Assembly (NCBI GenBank): GCA_030679805.1
Contig: JAUXST010000574.1
Span: 1 to 46,354, forward strand
DNA from: Reyranella sp.
GTDB taxonomy: Bacteria; Pseudomonadota; Alphaproteobacteria; Reyranellales; Reyranellaceae
Reading direction: 5' to 3'
DNA: 46,354 nucleotides
Shown: positions 1-10,858 of the stretch, one piece after another
How positions within the stretch are numbered: position 1 is the stretch's first letter
Layout of the letters: every line of letters begins with the position of its first letter
Made by a program: the position numbers and the translations under genes
Notes under the pieces: model-generated
Database searches by the model: none
Seen by the model: the letters and a program-made list of their open reading frames with translations, nothing else
Told to the model about the DNA's origin: nothing

Positions 1-23
1 GCCCCAGGAGCCGCCCGCAGCAT
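1..23 (-). CDS. Possible 5' end of the next minus-strand gene (truncated by window edge)
   Basis: Minus strand reads GAGGAG-cttg-ATG CTG CGG GCG GCT CCT GGG, open to the edge, just downstream of the ABC transporter gene. Confidence 0.3.
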
Positions 24-96
24 CAAGCTCCTCGTCCCGCCAGAGGCGCTGCCTATCCTTCGATAGACAACCCGTCATATCCTCTGGGGAAGGACA

Positions 97-2316
97 CTAG
101 GTGATCATCGCGCGGGCGACGGTATGTGCCGCCGTGGAGCCCGGCGCACCGCGACCGCGGCTCGCCTCGGCCATGCGGATGCGGGCATAGGCCATGATCT
201 CGGTCGGCGGGCCGACGCGTTCGATGCGCCCGTCCATGACCAGCGCCACCCGGTCAGCAATAGCAAGCGGGGCCAGGCGGTGGGTGATCATGATGACGGT
301 GCGACCGCGCGTGTTGGCCTTGAGTTGACGCAGCAGCTGCTCTTCTGTGGCCGGGTCGAGGGCGCTGGTCGCCTCGTCGAGAATGAGGATGCGCGGATTG
401 CGGATCAGGGCGCGGGCAATGCAGACCAGCTGCCGCTGTCCCATCGACAGCCCCTGCCCCCGTTCGCCCAGCACGGTGTTGTAGCCCTGCGGCAGGCGCT
501 GGATGAAATCATGGGCACCCACGAACTTGGCCACCGCCACGACGCGGCCGGGATCCTTGTTGGCGACGCCCATGGCGATGTTTTCCCGCACCGAACCGGT
601 GAAGAGTTGCAGCTCCTGAGGCACGCAGCCGATCTGGCTGCGAAGTTGCGCCGGCGAAATGTGAGAAATGTCGGTACCGTCGACCATCACCCGCCCGCCC
701 GATGGGCTGAACAGTCCCTGGACGAGATTGGCGATCGTGGTCTTGCCCGACCCGGACGGTCCGACGATTCCCAGGATCTCGCCGGCTGCGATGTCGAGGT
801 CGGCATCCTGCAGGATCGCGGGCATGTGATCGTAGACACGATAGGTGACGCGCTCGAAAGTCACATTGCCCACGAGCGGCGGCATCGGCGTCAGCGTCCC
901 GGCAGGCGTCTCGACGGCTTCGCGCATCAACCCGTCGATGCGCCGGAAGGCGGCCGCGACCGCCTGCAGCTGATGCCAGGCCGCCACCAGCTGGCGCATC
1001 GGCTGCAAGGCACGCACCGCCAGCATATTGACGGCGACCAATGCGCCCACCGTCAGGCGATGATCGACGATCTCGCCGACACCGATGGCGACGATCGCCA
1101 GCGACGCCAGCAGTTGCAGGGCGCCCGAGGCGCTGGCCGCGATGTTGGCCAGGTTGTTGGCGCGAAAGCTGGTCCAGGCGGATTGTTCGACGCGCGCCTG
1201 CCAGCGCCTTTCGGCCTCGGCCTCGAGCCCGAGCGCCTTGATGGTGGCGGCGTTGGCAACCGTCTCGGCCAGTGTCGAACTCTTGGCCGCCACCGCCTGG
1301 AAGCTTTCTTCGGCAAGGCGGCGCTGGGTCCGATGGGTGGCCAGCGACACACCGATCACCACCGGGATCGCCAGCGCCGTGACCATGCCCAGCGTGGCAC
1401 TGATGGCGAACGTCGCGCCGAGGAAAAGCACGACGAAGGCGATATCGATGGCGAGCACCGGCATCTGGCCGGTGAAGAAGCCGCGCAGCACGTCGAGCTG
1501 GCGCAGGCGTTCGGCGATGACGCCCGACGGCGTCCGCTCGAAGTGTCGATAGGGAAGCTGCATCAGGTGATGGAGGACTTCGCCGCTCATGAGGGTGTCG
1601 AGCCGGGCGCCGGTTCGGGCCGACATCCAGCCGCGCGCTACGCGAAGCGCGAAGTCGAGCGCATAGGCGATCAGCATGCCGATGCAGAGCACGATCATGA
1701 TCGCTGCGGCGCCCTCCGACCCGTCAGCCCACCCGTCACGTCCGATCACCCTGTTGAACACCAGCATCATGAAGAACGGTGTAGCGAGACCGAGGATATT
1801 GATGACGAACGACATCGCGGCAAGCTTCAGCACGACCGGTCGAATGCGAACCCACAGCGGCGCGTACCACTCCTGGCGTCGCTCGTGGACGTCCGCCTCG
1901 CGTATCACCAGGGCCCGCGCGCCCAGCGCCATCACCTCATCGGTCGCCAGCTGCCAGACGCGCCCTTCGACGACGTCGAGCACGGTCCATCGGCCGCCCG
2001 CACCGGCCACGACGACGTAGGTGGGCTGGTTGGCCGCGCCGACCACGGCGAAGGGGGCTGGAAGATCATCCAGCCGCTGGCCGGCAAGATCGACGGCATA
2101 ACTCTCGAGTCCCAGTCGCTGGCCGGCCGTGAGGAAGGCGCTCTCGTCGAGGCCCGATGCCGGAATTGCCGCCAGCCGTCGCACGTCAGCTTCGCTGACA
2201 GGCCGTCCGACCTGCTGGGCGATATAGAGCAGTGCCCGCATGAGAGAATCGATCGGCCGGCGGGCTTCGCCATCCCAGGCCGATTGCTGGAAGCTGCCGT
2301 TCTCTAGAGGGGCCAT
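97..2316 (-). CDS. Type I secretion system ABC transporter/permease (HlyB/LapB-like) with degenerate C39-like N-terminal domain
   Basis: Walker A GPSGSGKT, signature LSMGQRQ, Walker B ILILDEATSALD, TM domain (NILGLATPFFMMLVFNRV). N-terminus has DSLMRAL in place of the catalytic DCG. ATG 2316 follows GAGAGGG. Confidence 0.9.
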   Translation of the reverse strand: MAPLENGSFQQSAWDGEARRPIDSLMRALLYIAQQVGRPVSEADVRRLAAIPASGLDESAFLTAGQRLGLESYAVDLAGQRLDDLPAPFAVVGAANQPTYVVVAGAGGRWTVLDVVEGRVWQLATDEVMALGARALVIREADVHERRQEWYAPLWVRIRPVVLKLAAMSFVINILGLATPFFMMLVFNRVIGRDGWADGSEGAAAIMIVLCIGMLIAYALDFALRVARGWMSARTGARLDTLMSGEVLHHLMQLPYRHFERTPSGVIAERLRQLDVLRGFFTGQMPVLAIDIAFVVLFLGATFAISATLGMVTALAIPVVIGVSLATHRTQRRLAEESFQAVAAKSSTLAETVANAATIKALGLEAEAERRWQARVEQSAWTSFRANNLANIAASASGALQLLASLAIVAIGVGEIVDHRLTVGALVAVNMLAVRALQPMRQLVAAWHQLQAVAAAFRRIDGLMREAVETPAGTLTPMPPLVGNVTFERVTYRVYDHMPAILQDADLDIAAGEILGIVGPSGSGKTTIANLVQGLFSPSGGRVMVDGTDISHISPAQLRSQIGCVPQELQLFTGSVRENIAMGVANKDPGRVVAVAKFVGAHDFIQRLPQGYNTVLGERGQGLSMGQRQLVCIARALIRNPRILILDEATSALDPATEEQLLRQLKANTRGRTVIMITHRLAPLAIADRVALVMDGRIERVGPPTEIMAYARIRMAEASRGRGAPGSTAAHTVARAMIT

Positions 2317-2346
2317 CCCTCTCGAGAATATCCGAAATTCATGTAA

Positions 2347-2373
2347 AATCAATCATTTAGGGAGCATCCCTAA
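2347..2373. promoter_or_regulatory. IHF consensus site abutting a 7-bp inverted repeat upstream of the T1SS gene
   Basis: AATCAA-TCAT-TTA (2347-2359) matches WATCAA-N4-TTR; TTAGGGA-GCA-TCCCTAA at 2357-2373. Confidence 0.45.
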
Positions 2374-2376
2374 CGC

Positions 2377-2410
2377 AAAAGGCGCGCCGACCGGAGGTCC
2401 GCGCGCCCTT
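2377..2410 (-). terminator. Intrinsic terminator downstream of metK
   Basis: Minus strand GGCGCGC...GCGCGCC stem followed by TTTT, ~20 nt past the metK stop. Confidence 0.65.
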
Positions 2411-2431
2411 CGCTATCGACAGATCGCAGAT

Positions 2432-3718
2432 TTAGCGTGCGCCGAACGCCCGCTTCAGTTCGGACACCAGATCGGTGCGCTCCCACGAGAAGCCACCGTC
2501 GCGCTCGGGCTTGCGGCCGAAGTGGCCGTAGGCGGCGGTGCGCTGGTAGATCGGCTTGTTGAGTTGCAGGCCGCGGCGAATGTTGGTCGGGCGCAGCGGG
2601 AAGATGTCGTTGAGGACCTTCTCGAGCTTGCGCTCGTCGACCTTGCCGGTGCCCTGGGTGTCGACATAGAGCGACATCGGGTCGGCCACGCCGATCGCAT
2701 AGGCGACCTGGATCAGGCAGCGGTCGGCGAGGCCCGCGGCCACGACGTTCTTGGCGAGATAGCGCGCGGCATAGGCGGCCGAACGATCGACCTTGGTCGG
2801 GTCCTTGCCCGAGAAGGCGCCGCCGCCGTGCGGTGCAAAGCCGCCGTAAGTGTCGACGATGATCTTGCGCCCGGTGAGGCCGCAATCGCCGTCGGGGCCG
2901 CCGACGACGAAGTTGCCGGTCGGGTTGACGAAGAAGTCGGACGCCTTCTTGGGCATCCAGCCCTTGGGCAGCGACTTCTCGACGTGGCCCGCGATCATCT
3001 CGCGGATCAGGCCGGAATTGTATTTCTTGCCCTTGGCGTTGGTCTCGCGATGCTGCGTGGAGACCACGACCTTGGCGGCGCCGACGGCCTTGCCGTTCAC
3101 ATAACGCACCGTCACCTGGCTCTTGGCGTCGGGCTGCAGGTCGGGCAGCTCGCCCGAACGGCGCGCCTTGCTCAGCGCTTCGAGAATACGATGCGAGAAA
3201 TAGATCGGGGCCGGCATGAACGAGCCCTTCTCGTATTCCTCGCTGTCGCGGCAGGCGAAGCCGAACATCAGGCCCTGGTCGCCCGCGCCTTCCTGGTCGC
3301 CGAGATTGCCGCCCTTCTTCTTGGCATCGACGCCCATGGCAATGTCGGGCGACTGGCCGTGAAGCAGAACGTCGACATCGGCGCCATGGAAGCTGAAGCC
3401 ATTCTGGTCGTAGCCGATCTCGCGCACCACGTTGCGGGCGATCTCGCTGATCGCCTCGCGGTTCACGATGGTCTGCGTGCCGTACTTCTTCATGTACGGC
3501 TCGGACGCGCGGCCTTCGCCGGCGACCACGATCTTGTTGGTCGTGGCCAGCACCTCGCAGCCCAGCCTGGTATTGGCATGGCTGTCGTCGGCAATGCCGA
3601 GCTTCACGTCATTGGCGATGAAGGCGTCGAGAACCGCATCCGAGATCTGGTCGCAGACCTTGTCCGGATGGCCTTCGGAGACGGATTCGCTGGTAAAAAG
3701 ATAGTCCTTGAGCGCCAC
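2432..3718 (-). CDS. metK: S-adenosylmethionine synthetase
   Basis: [56 protein letters not shown] start at 3718 after GGAGG. Confidence 0.98.
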   Translation of the reverse strand: MALKDYLFTSESVSEGHPDKVCDQISDAVLDAFIANDVKLGIADDSHANTRLGCEVLATTNKIVVAGEGRASEPYMKKYGTQTIVNREAISEIARNVVREIGYDQNGFSFHGADVDVLLHGQSPDIAMGVDAKKKGGNLGDQEGAGDQGLMFGFACRDSEEYEKGSFMPAPIYFSHRILEALSKARRSGELPDLQPDAKSQVTVRYVNGKAVGAAKVVVSTQHRETNAKGKKYNSGLIREMIAGHVEKSLPKGWMPKKASDFFVNPTGNFVVGGPDGDCGLTGRKIIVDTYGGFAPHGGGAFSGKDPTKVDRSAAYAARYLAKNVVAAGLADRCLIQVAYAIGVADPMSLYVDTQGTGKVDERKLEKVLNDIFPLRPTNIRRGLQLNKPIYQRTAAYGHFGRKPERDGGFSWERTDLVSELKRAFGAR

Positions 3719-3776
3719 AATGCCCTCCACAGTTCACACTGGACTCCGGGCAGGGCAGCAGGGGCCGCCAACGTCC

Positions 3777-3804
3777 GGCTTAGCCTTTATTTTCGCGGTG
3801 GCAA
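3777..3804 (-). promoter_or_regulatory. Putative sigma70-type promoter of metK
   Basis: Minus strand TTGCCA-N16-TAAGCC (GCTAAG alphaproteobacterial-style -10). Confidence 0.35.
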
Positions 3805-3930
3805 GTCGTCCAAATCCGTCCGCGGCGGCATCGACCATCGAAGCCGCGCCGTTAAAAACTCCAATTGTCGACGAAAATCAAGAGGTTCGCGGAAGGGCCC
3901 CTGTGACCCTTTCCCCGGGTACCCCTCTCC

Positions 3931-4386
3931 CTAGCGGCCCTTGCGGCCACCCAGGACTTCAGCGTGGCTGGCTGCACCCACCGCCTTGACCATCTCGAAG
4001 ATACGCTTGCGCACCCGGGCCTCACGAATCTTGTAGTAGGCGCGCACCAATTCGAGGGTTTCGCGCTTGATCAGGGGGTCTTTTTCCTGCTCGAACGGCG
4101 TGGCAGCCTCGCCGAAGCCCTTGCGCCCGCGACCCGACATCGGCCGCCCAGCCAGCGCGTTGGCCGGCATCTCGTCGAAGAAATACGACACCGGCACGTC
4201 CAGGACCTTGGCGAACTCGAACAACCGGCTCGAACCGATCCGATTGGACCCGCGCTCGTACTTCTGAATCTGCTGAAACGTGAGCCCGACGGCCGTCCCG
4301 AGTTTCTCCTGGCTCATGCCAAGGAGAGTACGCCGCTGACGCATGCGCGACCCTACATGGACGTCAACCGGATGTGATTTTGCCAT
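3931..4386 (-). CDS. XRE-family HTH transcriptional regulator
   Basis: HPVDVHVGSRMRQRR...MSQEKLG...TFQQIQKYERGSNR; usual position between lnt and metK in alphaproteobacteria. Confidence 0.93.
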   Translation of the reverse strand: MAKSHPVDVHVGSRMRQRRTLLGMSQEKLGTAVGLTFQQIQKYERGSNRIGSSRLFEFAKVLDVPVSYFFDEMPANALAGRPMSGRGRKGFGEAATPFEQEKDPLIKRETLELVRAYYKIREARVRKRIFEMVKAVGAASHAEVLGGRKGR

Positions 4387-4586
4387 CGGTTCAGGTTCCT
4401 CTTATGTGCAATTTCTTAACGGCAACACGGTTGTATGAATGGCGGGAAATACATGCAAAACACGTAGTGAATTGCAAAATTCACATGTGCAAAAATGCAT
4501 ATCTACACGCCTAAGCTGCATATTACATTAGTCCCTCTTGCTCATAATGCAAGCTGAACCTCGGGCCCGTGGGCCGTCGAAACGGA

Positions 4587-6089
4587 TTAAGTCCGGGTTC
4601 GGCCGACCCGCATTCGGCCTACAGCCAAACAGCCCCCCATAAACGCCAGGACGACCAACAGGATCCCGTCCCCCCAACGGCTGTACAGGGTTGCCTCGCG
4701 CGCCTGCGGGAGAGGATGGTCGATGATGCCCTCTTCCATCATGTCGAGCGACGCCAGGACCCGGCCGTAGGCATCGATTACGGCGGATACGCCGGTGTTG
4801 GCGACGCGGATCATGGGCAGTCCTTCTTCCACCGCGCGCAACCGGGCGCTGGCGAGATGCTGGTAGGGGCCGCTCGAGAGGCCGAACCATGCGTCGTTGG
4901 TAATGTTCAGGAGCCAGCGGGGCCGCTCTCCGGGGCCCGTCACCGCCGCTGGAAAGATCACCTCGTAGCAGATCACCGGCGAAAACGACGGCAGGCCGGG
5001 AATTCCGAGGGTGACGCGCTCCTCGCCCACTTCGAACGACCCGCGGCCGATGAGGCCGGACACCGGAGCGAGCTGCTTGTGGAACGGGATGTACTCGCCC
5101 AGCGGCACCAGATGGACCTTGTCGTAGTGCGCGACGATGGCGCCCGCCCGGTCGATGACCAGCAGCGAATTCCAGACGCCGTCCTCGCGCCGGCCGGTAC
5201 CGCGGGCAGCACCGGTCAGAAGGTAACCGCGGGGTGGTACCGCCGCCGCCATGATTTCCAGTGCCGGTGACCCCGGCTCGATGATGAACGGGGGGGCCGT
5301 CTCCGGCCAGATGACGGCGGCGAGGCGGTCGAAGCCGTCGCGGCGGCTCATCTCCACCAGCTTGGCCAAGTGCCGGGCCCGGGTATCCGGCCGCCATTTC
5401 TCGGACTGCGGGACATTCGGCTGGACGATACGCACCAGCGGCCCATCGTCGGCCGCAGGCTGAATCACGGCCTGACCCGCGGCGCCAGCGAGGCCGAGCG
5501 CGACTAGGGCCGCGACCGAGGCCCGCCATCCGGCAGTCGGCGCCGCCAGGACGAAAAAGGAGAAGGTGCCGAGCCCATAGACGCCGAACAGGGCCGCTCC
5601 CTGCACGAGCGGCATTGCGAAGGCCCAGACATGGCCGAGCGGGTTCCATGGATAGCCGGTGAAGACGTGGCCGCGCAGCCATTCGGCGAGGGTCCAGGCG
5701 ATGGCCAGCAGGATGAGACGGCGATAACGCCCAGCCAGCGCGGGCCATCGCAGCGCCGCCCATCGCGCCACACCGGCTGCCAGGCCCGGGAAAAAGCCCA
5801 GGATAACCGACAGGCCCGCCACGATCGGCGGTCCCAGCAGCTCGTAGTCGGCTGGCGGGACCGAAAAGGCTTCGAGGATCCAGTAGGAGCCGACGGCGAA
5901 ATGCCCGATGCCCCACGCCCAGCCCCGCAGGAATGCGCTTCGTGGTCCCGGCGCCGTCTCCCAGATCCAGACGAAGATGACCACGCCCACGACGGCCAGC
6001 GGCAGCCAATAGAGCGGCGGCATCGCCAATGCTGCCAGCGCGCCGGCCAGAAAGGCCACGCCCGCGACGCGCCATCCACTTAGGTTCAT
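4587..6089 (-). CDS. lnt: Apolipoprotein N-acyltransferase
   Basis: TM N-terminus, TGYPWN, catalytic triad motifs WPETA, YDKVHLVP, ICYE, plus TNDAWFG. ATG at 6089; the track's upstream extension is spurious. Confidence 0.96.
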   Translation of the reverse strand: MNLSGWRVAGVAFLAGALAALAMPPLYWLPLAVVGVVIFVWIWETAPGPRSAFLRGWAWGIGHFAVGSYWILEAFSVPPADYELLGPPIVAGLSVILGFFPGLAAGVARWAALRWPALAGRYRRLILLAIAWTLAEWLRGHVFTGYPWNPLGHVWAFAMPLVQGAALFGVYGLGTFSFFVLAAPTAGWRASVAALVALGLAGAAGQAVIQPAADDGPLVRIVQPNVPQSEKWRPDTRARHLAKLVEMSRRDGFDRLAAVIWPETAPPFIIEPGSPALEIMAAAVPPRGYLLTGAARGTGRREDGVWNSLLVIDRAGAIVAHYDKVHLVPLGEYIPFHKQLAPVSGLIGRGSFEVGEERVTLGIPGLPSFSPVICYEVIFPAAVTGPGERPRWLLNITNDAWFGLSSGPYQHLASARLRAVEEGLPMIRVANTGVSAVIDAYGRVLASLDMMEEGIIDHPLPQAREATLYSRWGDGILLVVLAFMGGCLAVGRMRVGRTRT

Positions 6090-6105
6090 TTCACGGGCGT
6101 GGCGA

Positions 6106-7059
6106 TCAGGCGGCGGACCGAGACGACGTCGGCTGCCGCACGCGCAGGCGGCGAATGCGCCGCGGATCGACATCGAGCACTTCGAACTCGACGCCGGAGG
6201 GATGGCGCACCACTTCGCCACGCTCGGGGATGCGGCCGAGCAGCGAGAAGATGAGCCCGCCGACCGTGTCGATCTCGCGCCGTTCGTCCTCCGACAGCAC
6301 GCGACCGATCTCCTGCTCGAGAAGCTCGATGGGCGTGCGGCCATTGACGTCGATGGTGCCGTCGACACGGCGGGCGACCGTCGGCGTTTCGGCGACGTCG
6401 TGCTCGTCCTCGATCTCGCCCACGATCTCCTCAACCAGGTCCTCGATCGTGAGCAGACCGTCGGTGCCGCCGAACTCGTCGACCACCAGCGCCATGTGCG
6501 TCCGCGAACGGCGCATGTCGAGCAGCATGTCGAGCACCGGCAGGGTCGGCGCCACGAAGACCACCCGGCGCAGGATGTCGCGGAGATTGAATTTCTTCGA
6601 CGTGCCCCAGTAGGCGAGCACGTCCTTGATGTGGATCATGCCGATCACGTCGTCGAGCGCCTCGCGATAGACCGGATAGCGCGAGTGGGCCTCGGCCTGG
6701 ATCACGCGCACGACCTCGTCGAGCGGGGTGTCGGCAGCGATGGCAACGATGTCGACGCGCGGCACCATGACGTCGGCCACTGTCTTGTCGCGCAGCTTGA
6801 GAATGTTGGCGAGAAGGACCCGCTGATCCTCGCTGATCGGGGTATCGCTCTCGGGCGTCTCCTCGATCAGTTCCTCGATGGCCTCGCGAACCGCCTCATT
6901 CTTCTCGCGGCGGCGCAGGCGGCGCAGAATGGTGCGCAATATTCCGCCCGTGGAAGGAACGTCGGGAGCCGGCGAAGGGACCGGTGCCCGTGGGGGTTCA
7001 CTTGTAGACGCCGGGCCAGCAAGGCCCGGCCGCGTACTGTGCGCTGTGGAATCGGGCAT
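6106..7059 (-). CDS. corC: CBS-pair/CorC-HlyC domain protein (CorC/YbeX, hemolysin family)
   Basis: VMVPRVDI, HSRYPVY, HMALVVDEFGGTDGLLTIEDLVEEIVGEIEDEHD; next to lnt. Confidence 0.9.
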   Translation of the reverse strand: MPDSTAHSTRPGLAGPASTSEPPRAPVPSPAPDVPSTGGILRTILRRLRRREKNEAVREAIEELIEETPESDTPISEDQRVLLANILKLRDKTVADVMVPRVDIVAIAADTPLDEVVRVIQAEAHSRYPVYREALDDVIGMIHIKDVLAYWGTSKKFNLRDILRRVVFVAPTLPVLDMLLDMRRSRTHMALVVDEFGGTDGLLTIEDLVEEIVGEIEDEHDVAETPTVARRVDGTIDVNGRTPIELLEQEIGRVLSEDERREIDTVGGLIFSLLGRIPERGEVVRHPSGVEFEVLDVDPRRIRRLRVRQPTSSRSAA

Positions 7060-7109
7060 GATTGATAAGATAGGCTATCGGCCCTGCGTTGCAATCTCGG
7101 AAGTTCTTG

Positions 7110-7940
7110 ATGCGTTCCTGTAAATTGTCTTCCGGCGCGACGATGCCGGTCCTGGGCCTCGGCACCTGGCGGATGGGCGAAAGCCCCCGACGACGCGCCG
7201 AGGAGTTCGATGCCCTGAAATACGGGCTCGATCTCGGCTATCCGATGATCGACACGGCCGAGATGTATGGCGACGGCGGCGCCGAAGAGATCGTGGGCGA
7301 GGCGATCGCCGGTCGCGCCGTGCGCCCGTTCATCGTCAGCAAGGTCTATCCACACAATGCCTCCCGCACCGGCACGATCGCGGCGTGCGAACGCAGCCTC
7401 AAGCGGATGGGGATCGAGCGCATCGACCTCTACCTGCTGCACTGGCGCGGCGGCGCGAGGATCGAAGATACGTTCGAGGCATTCCATCGCCTGCGCGACG
7501 CTGGGAAGATCGGCGATTTCGGCGTCAGCAACTTCGACCTCGGCGACATGGAAGACGCCGCCCATCTCGACAAGGGCCTCAACGCCAGCAACCAAGTGCT
7601 CTATTGCCTTTCCCGGCGAGGCCCCGAGTACGATCTCCTGCCGTGGATGCGCAAGCGCTCGATCCCGTTGATGGCCTATTCGCCACTCGACCAGGGCGGA
7701 TTGCTGGGCAAGACGGCCCTGAAGAAGCTCGCCGACGGGATCGGTTGCACGCCGGCCCAGCTCGCGATCGCCTGGCTGCTCGCCCAGCCGGGCGTCGTCA
7801 CCATTCCGAAATCATCATCGCGCGATCGCGTGAAGGAAAACCTCGGCGCGCTCGAGGTGAAACTGTCGCCGCAGATCCTGGCCGAACTCGACCGGGCGTT
7901 TCCGCCGCCCAAGGGCAAGCAGGCGCTCGAAATGCTTTAG
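7110..7940 (+). CDS. Aldo/keto reductase
   Basis: LGLGTW, IDTAEMYGDG, VSKVYP, DLYLLHW, GVSNF, MAYSPL, IPKS. Confidence 0.95.
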   Translation: MRSCKLSSGATMPVLGLGTWRMGESPRRRAEEFDALKYGLDLGYPMIDTAEMYGDGGAEEIVGEAIAGRAVRPFIVSKVYPHNASRTGTIAACERSLKRMGIERIDLYLLHWRGGARIEDTFEAFHRLRDAGKIGDFGVSNFDLGDMEDAAHLDKGLNASNQVLYCLSRRGPEYDLLPWMRKRSIPLMAYSPLDQGGLLGKTALKKLADGIGCTPAQLAIAWLLAQPGVVTIPKSSSRDRVKENLGALEVKLSPQILAELDRAFPPPKGKQALEML

Positions 7941-7948
7941 CGCGTCAA

Positions 7949-8413
7949 CTAACGCGCAATATAGGGATCGGCGACGCCGAGCCGCTTCAGTATCCGCCGC
8001 TCCAGCGCCTCCATGCGCTCGGCGTCGGCGTCGCTGGTCTCATGGTCATGGCCGAGCAGATGCAGCGCTCCGTGCACCACGAGGTGCGTGACGTGATCGG
8101 CGGGCGACTTCTTCTGCTCGCGCGCCTCGCGCCACACGGTCTGGCGGGCCAGTACGACGTCGCCCAGGAACGCCCGCTCGCCCGAGGGATAGGACAAAAC
8201 GTTGGTCGGCTTGTCTTTCTGGCGGTCGCGCTTGTTCAGCGCGCGTACAGCCTTGTCGTCGGCCAGCGCGACATTCAGCGATTTTCCCCGCCTGGCCGCG
8301 GCGCGCGCGGCCTTGCGCACCAGACGTTCGACACCGGGCAAGGCCTTCAGCCAGCCGGCATCGAGCACGACAACGTGGCAGCTAAGCCTTGGTCTTCTTG
8401 TCGCGCGCGTCAT
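7949..8413 (-). CDS. ybeY: rRNA maturation endoribonuclease YbeY (start uncertain)
   Basis: RQKDKPTNVLSYP, LGDVV, HLVVHGALHLLGHDH metal motif; follows phoH. Confidence 0.93.
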   Translation of the reverse strand: MTRATRRPRLSCHVVVLDAGWLKALPGVERLVRKAARAAARRGKSLNVALADDKAVRALNKRDRQKDKPTNVLSYPSGERAFLGDVVLARQTVWREAREQKKSPADHVTHLVVHGALHLLGHDHETSDADAERMEALERRILKRLGVADPYIAR

Positions 8414-9368
8414 AGGCCTCGACGATGCGGGTCACGAGATCGTGGCGAACGACGTCCTTGGAGGTCAGCCGCACGAAGCGGACGCCGTCGACATCCTGCA
8501 GTGTGTCGACCGCGTCGTTCAGGCCCGACTTCTGGCCGCCGGGCAGATCGGTCTGGCTGGGATCGCCGGTGATGACCATGCGCGAACCTTCGCCCAGCCG
8601 TGTCAGGAACATGCGCATCTGCATCGGCGTGGTGTTCTGCGCCTCGTCGAGGATGACGAAGCAATGGGCGAGCGTGCGACCGCGCATGAACGCGAGCGGT
8701 GCGATCTCGATCTCGCCCGACTCCATGCGGCTGGCGATCTGCTCGGCCGGCACCATATCGTGCAGGGCGTCGTAGAGCGGCCGCAGGTAGGGATCGATCT
8801 TCTCCTTCATGTCGCCGGGCAGGAATCCCAGCCGCTCGCCGGCCTCGACCGCCGGCCGCGACAGCACGATGCGTTCGACCTTGCCCGCCAGGAGCAGCGA
8901 CACGCCCATGGCGACAGCGAGGTAGGTCTTGCCGCTGCCAGCCGGCCCCAGCGCGAACACCATGTCACGCTCGCGCAGCGCCGCCAGATAGCCGCGCTGT
9001 CCGGGCGTGCGGGCCTGCACGGTGCGGCGGCGCGTGCGGATGCCATCCTCGTCACCGCGCTCGGCGCCCGTCCGCGCGAAGCGCACGGCGGCGTCGATAT
9101 CGGCCATCTCGATGGAAAGACCGCGCTTCAATCGCTCGTAGAGCGCCGCCAGGGCCTTATGCGCCACCGTTGCATCATCCGGCGTGCCGGCGATGGCGAG
9201 CTGGTTACCACGCGCGCTCAGCTGGACATTTGCAAGCTGTTCGATACGCACGAGGTGACGGTCGTGATTGCCGTAGAGCGCCGCCACCAGGATATTGTCG
9301 TCGAATGTCATGCGGCGAACATCGGCGGCGCGGACGCCGGCGCCGGCGCCGGCAAGCGGAGCACTCAC
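8382..9368 (-). CDS. phoH: PhoH family ATPase (YbeZ)
   Basis: [42 protein letters not shown]. Confidence 0.96.
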   Translation of the reverse strand: MSAPLAGAGAGVRAADVRRMTFDDNILVAALYGNHDRHLVRIEQLANVQLSARGNQLAIAGTPDDATVAHKALAALYERLKRGLSIEMADIDAAVRFARTGAERGDEDGIRTRRRTVQARTPGQRGYLAALRERDMVFALGPAGSGKTYLAVAMGVSLLLAGKVERIVLSRPAVEAGERLGFLPGDMKEKIDPYLRPLYDALHDMVPAEQIASRMESGEIEIAPLAFMRGRTLAHCFVILDEAQNTTPMQMRMFLTRLGEGSRMVITGDPSQTDLPGGQKSGLNDAVDTLQDVDGVRFVRLTSKDVVRHDLVTRIVEAYDARDKKTKA

Positions 9369-10798
9369 GCGGCGGCCTCAAATCGAGAGGGCAATTGGTC
9401 CGTCACGACCTCGCCAGCCAAGCTCAAGGCGTAGGCCGCGAGCAGACGCACATTCACGATGGATCCGATCATTTCGGCACCGCCCTCGACATAAACGGAC
9501 TGCAGCCACGGACTCTTGCCGAGCATCTGGCCCGGCTTGCGTCCCGCCTCGGTAAACAACACCGGCACGGTGGCGCCGACCTTGGAGGCGTTGAAATCGC
9601 GCTGCTGCCTACCGAGCAACGACTGCAACGCGGCCAGACGCGCCGTCTTGATGCCATCGGCGAGCTGATCACCCAACGCCGCTCCGGGCGTGCCCGGCCG
9701 ACGGCTGTACTTGAAAGAGAACGCCGACGCGAAGCCGACCTCGTCGACCAGCCGCATCGTGTCCTCGAAGTCCGCATCGCTCTCGCCCGGGAAACCTACG
9801 ATGAAATCCGACGACAAGGCGATATCCGGGCAGACGCCGCGCAGACGATCGACCAGCCGCCGATAATGATCGCGGCCGTGGCCGCGATTCATGGCCTCGA
9901 GGATACGATCCGACCCCGACTGCACCGGCAGGTGCAGGTAAGGCATGAGCTGTGGCACCTCGCCATGTACGGCGATTAGATCGTCCGCCATATCGCTCGG
10001 ATGGGACGTCATGTAGCGAATCCGGGCCAGGCCATCGATCTCGGCGAGCGCGCGGATGAGCCGCGCCAACGTCCAGGTCGATCCGTCAGCCGCCTCGCCG
10101 TGATAGGCGTTGACGTTCTGGCCGAGCAGCGTGAGTTCGACCGCGCCCGCCGCCACCAGGGCGTGTGCTTCCCGCAGGACCGCCATCGCCGGCCGCGAAT
10201 ATTCGGCGCCCCGCGTATAAGGCACGACGCAGAAGGTACAGAACTTGTCGCAGCCTTCCTGGATGGAGAGGAACGCCGAGCCGGCGCGCACGTCGGCCTC
10301 CGATGGCGCCGGCAGATGGTCGAACTTGTTCTCGGCGGGAAACTCGGTGTCGAGCACGCCGGCGCCCGGCCAGCGCCGGCCGTCGAAGCGCCGTTCGTCG
10401 GACTTGCGCGCGACCCGGGCCAGCAGCTCGGGCAATCGGTGATAGGCCTGCGGCCCGACGACGATATCGACCGCGGGCTGGCGCCGGATGATCTCCTCGC
10501 CCTCGGCCTGCGCCACGCAGCCGGCCACAGCGATGGCGAGGTCGCCCCCCTCACGGCGGCGCTCGACCTTGAGATCACGCAACCTGCCGAGTTCCGAATA
10601 GACCTTTTCCGAGGCCTTTTCGCGGATGTGGCAGGTATTGAGAATGACCAGGTCGGCCTGCTCGGGATTTTCCGACAGGGCATAGCCAAGCGGTCGCAGG
10701 ACATCGGCCATGCGGTCGGAATCGTAGACATTCATCTGGCACCCGTAGGTGCGAATGAACACGCGCTTGCGCTGCCCGTTGGTGCGGACGTTCTTCAT
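9365..10798 (-). CDS. miaB: tRNA methylthiotransferase MiaB
   Basis: [25 protein letters not shown], radical [12 protein letters not shown]-terminal TRAM domain. Confidence 0.97.
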   Translation of the reverse strand: MKNVRTNGQRKRVFIRTYGCQMNVYDSDRMADVLRPLGYALSENPEQADLVILNTCHIREKASEKVYSELGRLRDLKVERRREGGDLAIAVAGCVAQAEGEEIIRRQPAVDIVVGPQAYHRLPELLARVARKSDERRFDGRRWPGAGVLDTEFPAENKFDHLPAPSEADVRAGSAFLSIQEGCDKFCTFCVVPYTRGAEYSRPAMAVLREAHALVAAGAVELTLLGQNVNAYHGEAADGSTWTLARLIRALAEIDGLARIRYMTSHPSDMADDLIAVHGEVPQLMPYLHLPVQSGSDRILEAMNRGHGRDHYRRLVDRLRGVCPDIALSSDFIVGFPGESDADFEDTMRLVDEVGFASAFSFKYSRRPGTPGAALGDQLADGIKTARLAALQSLLGRQQRDFNASKVGATVPVLFTEAGRKPGQMLGKSPWLQSVYVEGGAEMIGSIVNVRLLAAYALSLAGEVVTDQLPSRFEAAA

Positions 10799-10858
10799 CG
10801 GTCTCCGTTGCTGGAACGACCAATTCCTAACACCGGCGACCGCCGGGGTCGAGGGGCT

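Noticed and set aside
3719-3790. Possible SAM or SAM-SAH riboswitch in the metK leader
   Set aside because: Only small GC hairpins; no SAM-II or SAM-SAH consensus motifs visible.
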